DNA of 64,000 bases from Polyangia bacterium (GTDB lineage Bacteria > Myxococcota_A > Polyangia > Fen-1088), in the NCBI GenBank assembly GCA_036500205.1, contig DASYCK010000172.1, positions 3,967 to 67,966 on the forward strand, given 5' to 3'. Below the pieces are notes generated by a model. That model worked only from the letters and a program-made list of their open reading frames with translations. It did not search any database and had not been told where the DNA came from. This document shows positions 56,339-64,000 of the stretch, in pieces (position 1 is the first letter of the stretch; every line of letters starts with the position of its first letter). The position numbers and the translations under genes are program-made.

Positions 56339-57109
56339 TCAGCGGTCTATTTCCGCGGCCGCCAGCGGCAACAGGCGCGCCAGGCGGCCGGCCCATTCGG
56401 CCTGCCCGGTGGCCTCGGTGATCAGATCCTGCCGGATCTCCAGCTCGACGTAGGGGAGACCGCGCCGCTCCGCGTGCTCGACGATGGAGAAATCCGAGAG
56501 GGGGTTGGCGCGATACGGCTCGTTGTCGCCCACCACCAACCCCGGTTCGGCGCCCAGCAGGCGCAGCAGCGGCGTCGCCAGGCGACGATCGCTCAGATGC
56601 AGGACGCCCGCGTGCCAGCGACGGCGCACGTCCAGGAAGATCGGCGTGAAGCTGTGCACCATCACCAGGATGGTGGGGCGACGCAACGACTGCCGGCGAT
56701 CCAGCTCGCGCCGGATCTGCTCGTGATAGGGGCGAAAGATCATGGCGGCGCGCGCCTCCGCCGCGGCGGCGTCGAGGCCCACGTTCCCCGGCACGGCCGT
56801 CCGCTCGCTGAGCGTGGCGATCGAATCGGGGGCGTCGAGCGGCCGGTTGCAATCGATGGCCAGCCGGGAATACCGCTGCGTGATCACGAAAGCATCCAGC
56901 GCCGCGCCCAGCTGGCGCGCCACCGCGCCGGCGCCGATGTCCCAGGCAACGTGGCGGTCGAATTCGGCGCTGGCCACCCCCAGATCGCCGAGGCAGCGGG
57001 GCAGCGAGCGCCCCGCGTGATCGCAGGTGAGGAAGAACGGCGATTCACCGTCGCGGCCCGTGACCTCGAACGGAATCGGCTCGTCCTGCTCCAGCACCAA
57101 CCCCTGCAC
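56339..57109 (-). CDS. N-formylglutamate amidohydrolase family protein
   Basis: FFLTCDHAG, RLAIDCNR and VMVHSFTP are present. The GTG start is preceded by AAGGGAGGA. Confidence 0.8.
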   Translation of the reverse strand: MQGLVLEQDEPIPFEVTGRDGESPFFLTCDHAGRSLPRCLGDLGVASAEFDRHVAWDIGAGAVARQLGAALDAFVITQRYSRLAIDCNRPLDAPDSIATLSERTAVPGNVGLDAAAAEARAAMIFRPYHEQIRRELDRRQSLRRPTILVMVHSFTPIFLDVRRRWHAGVLHLSDRRLATPLLRLLGAEPGLVVGDNEPYRANPLSDFSIVEHAERRGLPYVELEIRQDLITEATGQAEWAGRLARLLPLAAAEIDR

Positions 57110-57247
57110 CTGATCCTCCCTTTGGGCGGGGTAATTCCCCAGCGTTTCGGCTGGTTCGCGATCCCGCCACCTACTCCGCGACAGGCAACAGTGAGATCAT
57201 CCTTACGCCACTAGATCGGTCATCGCAAGACCAAGGCGCGCCTTCGT

Positions 57248-57832
57248 TCAGGCATTTTCCGCGCGCGGCGGCCCACATGTGCATTCGAAGCAACCGTGGT
57301 CGGCGCAGGTTCCGCAGGCGCGGGCGACCTGCCGTCGCAGCGCTTCGCGCGCCCGGAAGATGCGCACGCCGGCGCTGTTCGCCGAGATGCCGCGCTGGTC
57401 GGCGTAGTCCTTCACCGCCACCCCGTCGACCTCGATGCGCCGGAGCGCGTCCGCGTAAGCGGGCTTCAACGTGTCGGCCAGCGCGGTCACGCAGCCGCAG
57501 GCCATGCTGGTCAGCTCGTCGTCCGCGCCTTCGCTCGACGCCAGCTCGGACGCCAGCTGATCCAGCCGGCGGTTCGCCACCGCTTGCCGGCGCTGGTGAT
57601 CGATGACGGCGTTGCGCAGCACCGTGTAGAACCACCCCACCACCGAATCACGAACCGCGCCGCCCCGGTCGAGGCCGCGAACGAACGCGTCCTGCACGAT
57701 CTCCTCGGCCAGCGCCCTGTTCCCGAGGCGACGCTCCACGAAGGCGAGGAACCTCCGGTGGTTCGCCACCAGCGTCTCCAGGTCCGCGGGAGACATTTCA
57801 ACATCGTTGGACATGGCGTGACAGGTGCTCAT
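57248..57832 (-). CDS. ECF RNA polymerase sigma factor with Cys-rich C-terminal extension (CorE-like)
   Basis: Sigma-2 region (FLAFVERRLGNRALAEEIVQDAFVRGL...WFYTVLRN). Sigma-4 region (YADALRRIEVDGVAVKDYADQRGISANSAGVRIFRAREALR). The tail is CGTCADHGCFECTCG, and a CGC sits in the linker. The start is one of three in-frame ATGs (57832, 57814, 57796). Confidence 0.8.
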   Translation of the reverse strand: MSTCHAMSNDVEMSPADLETLVANHRRFLAFVERRLGNRALAEEIVQDAFVRGLDRGGAVRDSVVGWFYTVLRNAVIDHQRRQAVANRRLDQLASELASSEGADDELTSMACGCVTALADTLKPAYADALRRIEVDGVAVKDYADQRGISANSAGVRIFRAREALRRQVARACGTCADHGCFECTCGPPRAENA

Positions 57833-57861
57833 GTCTATACGACGCGCGGGGGGCGCCGGCA

Positions 57862-58647
57862 TTACAGCGGCTTGCGGCCGGTGGCGCGGATCGTGGCGTG
57901 GTAGGTGGCCCAGCAGGCGGGATCGGCCGCGAAGGAGACGTAGTGGGCGATGTCCTCCGGCGTGACCGCCCCCGTCGCCACGAACGCGTCGGCCCGGTGT
58001 GAGACGGCGAGGCCCATCATCACCGCCTCGGGTGAACCGCCGCGCACGATGGCCGCGTCGTTTTCGACCAGCAGCTCTTGCAGCCCCTGTGTCTGGACCA
58101 GGCCGGGGAGGCGGGTCCCGAAACCGAGGTCCATCCGGTCCTTGCGAAACAGCGCTTCGCGCGCGCGGTTCACGTTGCCGAAGGCCTGTCGCTGCACGAA
58201 CGAGCCAGTGAAGGCGCGGGCGCTCGAGAAATCGGGTTCTTCCAGGACCAGCCACCCGCCCGGGGCGAGCGCGTTCATCATGGCGCCGAGCGCGTCGGTG
58301 AAGGCGGGAACGTGAACGAGCAGGTGGCGCGCGTGCACGAGCTGGAACGAGGCGGACGGCAGCGCGCTGGTGCGGACGTCGCCCGTCCGCGCCTCGACGT
58401 TCGAGCCCACCACCGTCGTGAGAAGACGGGTGTCGGTGTCGAGGGCCACCACCGTGCCGCCGGACCCGACGGTCTCCCCCAGCCAGGCGGCCACCGACCC
58501 GCCACCCGCCCCCACCTCCAGACAGCGCCAACCGGCCCCCACGCCCGTGGCACCCAAGAATCGTCGCGACCCCGCGTCGAGCACCCGCTCGAGCGCGCGG
58601 TGCCGTTCCAGCTCGGCGTCGAGCGCCGTTCCCGCGAAGAGCGTCAC
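57862..58647 (-). CDS. class I SAM-dependent methyltransferase
   Basis: CLEVGAGGGSVAAWL and TVVALDTD are present. The GTG start overlaps the P450 stop (GTGA). Confidence 0.8.
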   Translation of the reverse strand: MTLFAGTALDAELERHRALERVLDAGSRRFLGATGVGAGWRCLEVGAGGGSVAAWLGETVGSGGTVVALDTDTRLLTTVVGSNVEARTGDVRTSALPSASFQLVHARHLLVHVPAFTDALGAMMNALAPGGWLVLEEPDFSSARAFTGSFVQRQAFGNVNRAREALFRKDRMDLGFGTRLPGLVQTQGLQELLVENDAAIVRGGSPEAVMMGLAVSHRADAFVATGAVTPEDIAHYVSFAADPACWATYHATIRATGRKPL

Positions 58648-60044
58648 GACACGCCCATCCAGATGCCGGGCGTGGGGCGCAGGGTCACGAGCGGATCGAT
58701 GGCGACCGGCCGCCCCGGCTCGAGATCGAGCGTCAGGCGCTGGACGACGGTGGCGAGGATGATCGTCGCCTCCATCATCGCGAAGGCGGCGCCGATGCAG
58801 AGGTGCGCGCCACCGCCGAATGGAAAATAGGCATAGCGCGGGCGCTCGGCCTCGCCATGCTCGACGCTGGCGAGGCGCTCGGGCGCGAAGCGCTCGGGCG
58901 CGAAGCGTTCAGGGTCGAAGCCCTCCGGGTTCTCCCACAGGGTCGGATCCCGGTGCGTGACGAACGGGCTGACCAGCACGATCGCTCCCGCCGGGATCGC
59001 GTAGCCGTCGATCTCGTCCGCCGCCGTCGCCGAGCGCGTGATGATCCAGGCCGGAGGATAGAGGCGCATCGACTCCTCGAGCACCATGCGCGTGAAGCGC
59101 AGCCGAGGCAGATCGTCGAAGCCTGGCGCCCGTCCGCCCAGCGTCGCGACCACTTCGGCCGCGAGCGCGCGGCGCGCCAGCGGATGCAGCGACAGCAGAT
59201 AGAATGTCCACGACATCGTCATCGCCGTCGTCTCGTGCCCGGCCAGCAGCAACGTGATGATCTCGTCGCGCAGCTGGCGATCGGAGAGCCCCTGCCCGGT
59301 CTCCTCGTCGCGCGCCAGCAGCAGCATCGACAGCAGATCGCCGCGGTCGCCGCCCTCGCGGCGCCGCTCCTCGATCAGCGACAGCACCAGCCGGTCGAGT
59401 GACCGCAACGCGGCGCGAAAGCGCAGGTTCCCCGGCGTGGGCAGCCCGGCGGGAAGCGCGATCAGCGTCTGCGCCCGCTCGATGGTGTGGTGCAAGGTCA
59501 CGTTCAGGGCCTGCCCCACGGCGTCGGCGTCATCGGCGAGATCGCGCCCGAACAGGCACCGTCCGACGATCTGCAGGGCCACCCGCGACATCTCGGGCAC
59601 GACGTCGAACGTCACGCCCCCCCCGCCGGCCCGCCGCAACCGCGCGACCAGCCCCTGCGACGATGTCGCCATGAGCTCGGCGAAGGCGGCCAGCCGCTGC
59701 TTGTGAAAGGCGGGCTGGGACAGCCGCCGGTTGCGCCGCCACTCCGCGCCCGTGGTGGTGAGCAGCCCATCGCCCAGCGTCTCGCGCAGGGCGGCGACGC
59801 TGCGGGTGTTGCGCCCGTAGTTCTCGGCGTTGTCCTGCAGCACCCGCTTGATCCCGGCCGGCGCGCTCACCAGGAAGACGGCACGTCGCCGCAGCCCCAT
59901 CCGTGCCACGCCCCCGTACTGGCGCGCCGTGCGGAGGAGGAATCCGAGCCGATCGCCACGAAACTGGGGCAGCGTCCCCCACAGCGGGTGGCCGACTGGT
60001 CCGGGGACGACGGAGCGCGCGGCGGAGGCTGGCGACGATGACAT
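58644..60044 (-). CDS. cytochrome P450
   Basis: I-helix LLLAGHETT, ExxR (EESMR), and heme loop FPFGGGAHLCIGAAFA. Confidence 0.92.
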   Translation of the reverse strand: MSSSPASAARSVVPGPVGHPLWGTLPQFRGDRLGFLLRTARQYGGVARMGLRRRAVFLVSAPAGIKRVLQDNAENYGRNTRSVAALRETLGDGLLTTTGAEWRRNRRLSQPAFHKQRLAAFAELMATSSQGLVARLRRAGGGGVTFDVVPEMSRVALQIVGRCLFGRDLADDADAVGQALNVTLHHTIERAQTLIALPAGLPTPGNLRFRAALRSLDRLVLSLIEERRREGGDRGDLLSMLLLARDEETGQGLSDRQLRDEIITLLLAGHETTAMTMSWTFYLLSLHPLARRALAAEVVATLGGRAPGFDDLPRLRFTRMVLEESMRLYPPAWIITRSATAADEIDGYAIPAGAIVLVSPFVTHRDPTLWENPEGFDPERFAPERFAPERLASVEHGEAERPRYAYFPFGGGAHLCIGAAFAMMEATIILATVVQRLTLDLEPGRPVAIDPLVTLRPTPGIWMGVS

Positions 60045-60056
60045 GGGCGCCGGTCT

Positions 60057-60896
60057 TCAGAGCTGGCAGACCGGACAGAAATAGGTCGAGCGCCCCGCCT
60101 GCACGACCCGGGTGATCGTCCCCTCGTGGCAGCGGGGACAGCGGACGCCGGCGCGGTCGTAGACCTTGAAGGGATTGCGCGTCCCCGTCTCTTCGACGTA
60201 GGCCACGTCCTGGTCCGCGCCCGCCTCCGCGAACGCGCGAAGCGTGTACTGAAACGACGCCAGCAGCCCGCGCGCCAGCTTGCGAACCTCGGTCGGCGTC
60301 AACGTGGCCGCCGACCGCCGCGGATCGATGGCGGCGCGGAACAGCCCCTCCGATGCCTGGATGTTCCCCACGCCGGGGATCAGCGCCTGATCCATGATCG
60401 CCACCTTGATGGGCAGGCGGCGCCGCAGCGCCAGCCGCGCCGCCAGGCGCGCGACGTCGATCCCATCGCGCAAGGGGTCGGGCCCCAGCGCCGCGATGAC
60501 CGGAAGCTCGGCAAACGCCGCGCCGGGCACCACGCGGAAGAAGCCGAACAGGCGCATGTCGACGAAGTGCAGCGACACGCCCCCCTCGAAGTCGACCCGC
60601 ACGCGTGAGAACCGGGGCGCCGGCTCGGCCGGCTTGCGCAACGTCCACTTCCCCGTCATCCCCAGGTGCGACCAGACCCCCACCCGCTGCTTCGCCCCCG
60701 CGCGGAACGTCAGCAACAGGTTCTTGCCTGTCCGCTCGACCGTCGACAGCCGGGTGCCGGCGAGCTGCTTCAGGTCGGCGGGACGGCCTCCCCCCAGCGC
60801 GCGTGGTTCGCGGCACGAGATGGAGCGAACCCGTCGCCCCCGCGCCCAGCGGGTCAGGTTCCGGGCGGCGACCTCGACCTCGGGAAGCTCGGGCAT
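60057..60896 (-). CDS. mutM: formamidopyrimidine-DNA glycosylase
   Basis: Internal ATG giving MPELPEVE (catalytic Pro2/Glu3). H2TH region. C-terminal zinc finger CPRCHEGTITRVVQAGRSTYFCPVCQ. Confidence 0.92.
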   Translation of the reverse strand: MPELPEVEVAARNLTRWARGRRVRSISCREPRALGGGRPADLKQLAGTRLSTVERTGKNLLLTFRAGAKQRVGVWSHLGMTGKWTLRKPAEPAPRFSRVRVDFEGGVSLHFVDMRLFGFFRVVPGAAFAELPVIAALGPDPLRDGIDVARLAARLALRRRLPIKVAIMDQALIPGVGNIQASEGLFRAAIDPRRSAATLTPTEVRKLARGLLASFQYTLRAFAEAGADQDVAYVEETGTRNPFKVYDRAGVRCPRCHEGTITRVVQAGRSTYFCPVCQL

Positions 60897-61022
60897 GACC
60901 ACTGCGAAGAATAGAAGCGATCGGCGGGAAGTCGAGGCGCCTTGCCCCGCCGCCGGGACGGTCCACCTTGTCGGGTGGCCCGCCATGCCGTCGCGAACGT
61001 CCGAAATCCGGAGACCGATACG

Positions 61023-61038
61023 ATTCGCCCGGGCGAAT
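61023..61038. promoter_or_regulatory. perfect 16-bp palindrome, candidate operator upstream of the PLD gene
   Basis: ATTCGCCCGGGCGAAT lies 28 nt upstream of ATG 61066, in the mutM/PLD divergent region. Confidence 0.35.
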
Positions 61039-61065
61039 GACCAGGAGGATCTTAGATTGTCAGCG

Positions 61066-63216
61066 ATGTCCCTCCTCGTGCCCGGCGCCACCTGCTGGAA
61101 GACGGCGCGCGCCCGACATGTCTCGCTGATCCAGGACGCCGGTCCCGCGTTCGCGGCGATCGCCGCGGCGATGGAGGCGGCGCGGGACAGCATCTTCATC
61201 CTGGGCTGGGACATCGACAGCCGCACGCCCATGCGCCCCGAGCCGAACAGTCACCAGGCGAGCGGGCTGTCCGACGGGGGCGGGCCGCTGCAGGGGAGCG
61301 CCCTGTTGCCGCTGCTGCTCGGCTGCCTGGCGCGCCACCCCGGCCTGCAGGTGTTCATCCTGATCTGGGACTACGCCATCGTCTATTCGTTCGAGCGCGA
61401 GCCGCGCCCGCGCCAGCAGTTCGGTCGGGCGCATCCCCGCTTGCACTTCGCGCTCGACGCCGACCACGCGAGCGGCGGCTCGCACCACCAGAAGATCGTG
61501 GTGGTCGACGACGAGGTGGCGTTCCTGGGCGGCATCGATCTGACGATGCATCGCTGGGATCAGCCGCGCCACCTGGTCCACGATCCCCGGCGCATCGACG
61601 GCGCGGGCGCCGCCTACCCGCCGTTTCACGACGTGCACGCCGCCGTCGCGGGGCCCGCGGCGGCCGCTCTGGGTGAGCTGGCCCGCGCGCGCTGGCAGGT
61701 GCGGCGGGGCCGGGCCCGCACGCCGGCGGTGGCGCAACCGCGCACTGTCTCGGCGTGGCCAGCCCACCTGGCCAAGGACGCCTCCGACATCGAGGTCGGC
61801 TTCGCCCGCACGTACCTGCGCGACGGCCAGCCCGCCATCAAGGAGATCGAGGCGCTGACCCGGCAAGCGATCGCGGCGGCGCGGGGCTGGATCTACGCCG
61901 AGAACCAGTACCTGACCTCGCACGCGGTCGTGCGGCAGCTGGCGAGCCGGCTGGTCGAGGCGAACGGCCCCGACATCGCCATCGTCCTGCCCGAGGTCGA
62001 GACCGGCTGGATGGAGCGCGGCTCGATGGGGCTGCTGCGCGAGCGCTCGCTCGCCCACCTCCGCGCCAAGGATCTCTACGGCCGCCTGCGCCTGGTGTCG
62101 CCCCGCGTGACCATGGACGGCGAAGCGCGCGACGTCGGCGTTCACGCCAAGGTGCTGGTGATCGACGACACCCTCGTCAAGATCGGCTCGGCCAACTTCA
62201 GCAACCGGTCGATGGGGCTCGACACCGAGTGCGATCTGGCCGTCGAGGCGAGCGACGACGCGAGCGCCGCGTTCATCGCCTCGGTGCGCAACCGCCTGCT
62301 GGGCGAGCACCTGGGCCTGACGGCGGACGAGGTGGCGGGCCGGCTCGTGAACGGGGGGCTGTGCCTGCTGCTCGACGGGCAGCCGACGACCGCGCCGTAC
62401 AGCTTGGTCCCGGTCCCCGACACCTGCGATGCCACCGTCGATCTGACGGTGTTCGATGGCGCCATCGTCGATCCCGAGGAGCCGTGGAGCCTCGACGCGC
62501 TGATGGATCGGGCGGTGCCGGTTCCGCTGCGCCGACGTCTGGCGCAACGCTGGCTGCGACCGCTGGCGCTCGCCATCGGCCTGGTGGCGCTGTGGGCGCT
62601 GTTCCGTCACGGTCCCCTCCGTTCTTTTCACCTGGGAGAGACGGCCCTGCGGCTGGCGACCGAGCTGGCCGCCCGCCCCGCCGGTCCGTTCCTGGCGACG
62701 GCGGCGATCGCCCTCGCGGGCGCGCTGTTCATTCCCATCACCCTGCTGGGAACGACGGCGCTGGCGGTGTTCGGGGTGTGGCCCGGGGTGCTGGTGGCGT
62801 GGACCGGCGGGGTGCTGGCCGCCACGCTGTCGCACACCATCGGCGCGCGCTGGGGAACGGGCGTGCTGCGCTGGCTGCCGGGCAAGGTCGAGAGCAACCT
62901 GCGCCGCGTCCTGCGCGCCCGCGCGTTCTGGTCGGTGGTGTTCATGCGGTTGCTGCCGCTGGGAAACTTCGGCGCGCTCAACCTGCTGGCGGGGGCGTTC
63001 AAGATCCCGCGGCGGACCTTCGTGCTGGGCAACATGGTGGGGATGGCGCCCGGCCTGCTGGGGCTGGGCGTGTTCGTGAACCGGGCGCTGGCGGCGCTGC
63101 GCCACCCCAGCACCGGCAACGTCGTGATCGCGGTCGTCGTGGCGGTCGCGTCGACGGTGCTGACGCTGGTCTTGAAGCGACGCCTGCTGGCCCCCGCGCC
63201 GGAGCCGAGGCCGTGA
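61066..63216 (+). CDS. phospholipase D/cardiolipin-synthase-like (two HKD motifs) fused to VTT/DedA-like (TVP38/TMEM64) membrane domain
   Basis: HKD1 is HHQKIVVVDDEVAFLGGIDL. HKD2 is VHAKVLVIDDTLVKIGSANFSNRS. The C-terminal ~230 aa are polytopic, with RLLPLGNFGALNLLAGAFKI. An alternative TTG start at 61057 lies 9 nt after GGAGG. Confidence 0.8.
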   Translation: MSLLVPGATCWKTARARHVSLIQDAGPAFAAIAAAMEAARDSIFILGWDIDSRTPMRPEPNSHQASGLSDGGGPLQGSALLPLLLGCLARHPGLQVFILIWDYAIVYSFEREPRPRQQFGRAHPRLHFALDADHASGGSHHQKIVVVDDEVAFLGGIDLTMHRWDQPRHLVHDPRRIDGAGAAYPPFHDVHAAVAGPAAAALGELARARWQVRRGRARTPAVAQPRTVSAWPAHLAKDASDIEVGFARTYLRDGQPAIKEIEALTRQAIAAARGWIYAENQYLTSHAVVRQLASRLVEANGPDIAIVLPEVETGWMERGSMGLLRERSLAHLRAKDLYGRLRLVSPRVTMDGEARDVGVHAKVLVIDDTLVKIGSANFSNRSMGLDTECDLAVEASDDASAAFIASVRNRLLGEHLGLTADEVAGRLVNGGLCLLLDGQPTTAPYSLVPVPDTCDATVDLTVFDGAIVDPEEPWSLDALMDRAVPVPLRRRLAQRWLRPLALAIGLVALWALFRHGPLRSFHLGETALRLATELAARPAGPFLATAAIALAGALFIPITLLGTTALAVFGVWPGVLVAWTGGVLAATLSHTIGARWGTGVLRWLPGKVESNLRRVLRARAFWSVVFMRLLPLGNFGALNLLAGAFKIPRRTFVLGNMVGMAPGLLGLGVFVNRALAALRHPSTGNVVIAVVVAVASTVLTLVLKRRLLAPAPEPRP

Positions 63217-63932
63217 CCGACGACCCGGACACCCTGCGCATCGCCTCCTGGAACATCCACGACGCCGTGGGCGCGGACGGACGGCGCGACGTCGAACGCG
63301 TGTCTCGCGTCATCGGCGAGCTGGACGCGCCGCTGGTGGCGCTGCAGGAGGTCTCGTGCGCGGGGCCCAACGGCGCTTGCGACGTGGCGACCCTGGGGAA
63401 GGCGAACGGGCTCACCTGGTCGTCCGTCACCACCCGCGGCGGCGGCGACTGGCAGCACGGAAACGCGCTGCTGAGCGCGCTGCCCGTCGATGACGTGTGC
63501 ACGCACGATCTGTCGTATCCGCACCGCGAGCCGCGCGCGGCCCTGGAGGTGCTGGTGCGCTGGGGGCCGCGTCGGCTGCGCGTGGTGGTCACCCACCTGG
63601 GCCTGCGCGCGGGCGAGCGGCGCCACCAGGTCGAGCAGCTGCTGTCGATCGTGGGCGATACCGGCGCGGACGCCACGATCTTGCTCGGCGACATCAACGA
63701 GTGGTGGCTGTGGGGGCGTCCGCTGCGCTGGCTCCACCGGCGCTTCGGGACCAGCCCGGCGCCGCGAACCTTTCCCGCCCGCGCCCCGGTGCTGTCGCTG
63801 GATCGTGTCTGGGTTCATCCGCGTCCGGCGCTCGCCGCGTTGACGGTGGCCAACACGCCGACGGCGCGGCGCGCCTCCGATCACCTGCCCATCGTGGCCA
63901 CGCTGCGTTTCGGACAACCGGATGGTTTATAG
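63213..63932 (+). CDS. endonuclease/exonuclease/phosphatase (EEP) family protein
   Basis: LRIASWNIHD, ALQEV, GDINEW and SDHLPIVATL are present. The GTG start overlaps the PLD stop (GTGA). The arrangement parallels E. coli ybhP-clsB. Confidence 0.8.
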   Translation: MTDDPDTLRIASWNIHDAVGADGRRDVERVSRVIGELDAPLVALQEVSCAGPNGACDVATLGKANGLTWSSVTTRGGGDWQHGNALLSALPVDDVCTHDLSYPHREPRAALEVLVRWGPRRLRVVVTHLGLRAGERRHQVEQLLSIVGDTGADATILLGDINEWWLWGRPLRWLHRRFGTSPAPRTFPARAPVLSLDRVWVHPRPALAALTVANTPTARRASDHLPIVATLRFGQPDGL

Positions 63933-63939
63933 AGAGGCG

Positions 63940-64000
63940 TGACCCACAACGACATCCTGCGCAGCCTCCGCTACATGCTCAACATCAGCGACGGCGCGCT
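63940..64000 (+). CDS. DUF1456 (YehS-like) protein, 3' end beyond window
   Basis: VTHNDILRSLRYMLNISDGA matches the characteristic N-terminus (NDILRxLRY) of YehS-family proteins. Only 20 codons are visible. Confidence 0.5.

Overview
About 70% GC, gene-dense chromosomal DNA. It most likely comes from a myxobacterium (Myxococcota), judging by a CsgA/C-factor-like SDR, a CorE-like Cys-rich ECF sigma factor, sigma-54 promoters, and Gly/Ser-linker lipoproteins fused to glycan-active domains. I call 58 coding regions and found no rRNA, tRNA, CRISPR array or mobile element. Housekeeping blocks with classic synteny are ilvBN, xerC-hslVU, dprA-topA, fmt-rsmB, rpe, glnD, gshB, pcnB, queC and mutM. Between them lie accessory genes: a multicopper oxidase and a PQQ dehydrogenase, GH12-like and GH67 lipoproteins with a porin, a P450-methyltransferase-ECF operon, a PLD-EEP pair, a transglutaminase/FGase pair, a truncated PtsP-like protein, and a DUF2156 protein. 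Many long ORFs in the supplied track are antisense or out-of-frame artefacts of the high GC content, and several listed ORFs needed shorter starts. The observations most worth follow-up are: (1) a divergent, translationally coupled six-gene set (31.4-36.2 kb) linking an isomerase, aminotransferase and phosphatase to a kinase and a CDP-alcohol phosphatidyltransferase, a candidate route to an unusual phospholipid head group; (2) two paralogous ~125-nt structured intergenic elements (40.8 kb and 50.3 kb) whose substitutions preserve two hairpins only on the + strand, a candidate sRNA family; (3) a 20-bp tandem repeat whose units each read as a sigma-54 -24/-12 element, plus two near-perfect sigma-54 promoters in front of orphan proteins; (4) a polytopic membrane protein ending in a CxxC...H...H...CxxC module. 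All functional calls rest on motif recognition by eye. No database search was run.
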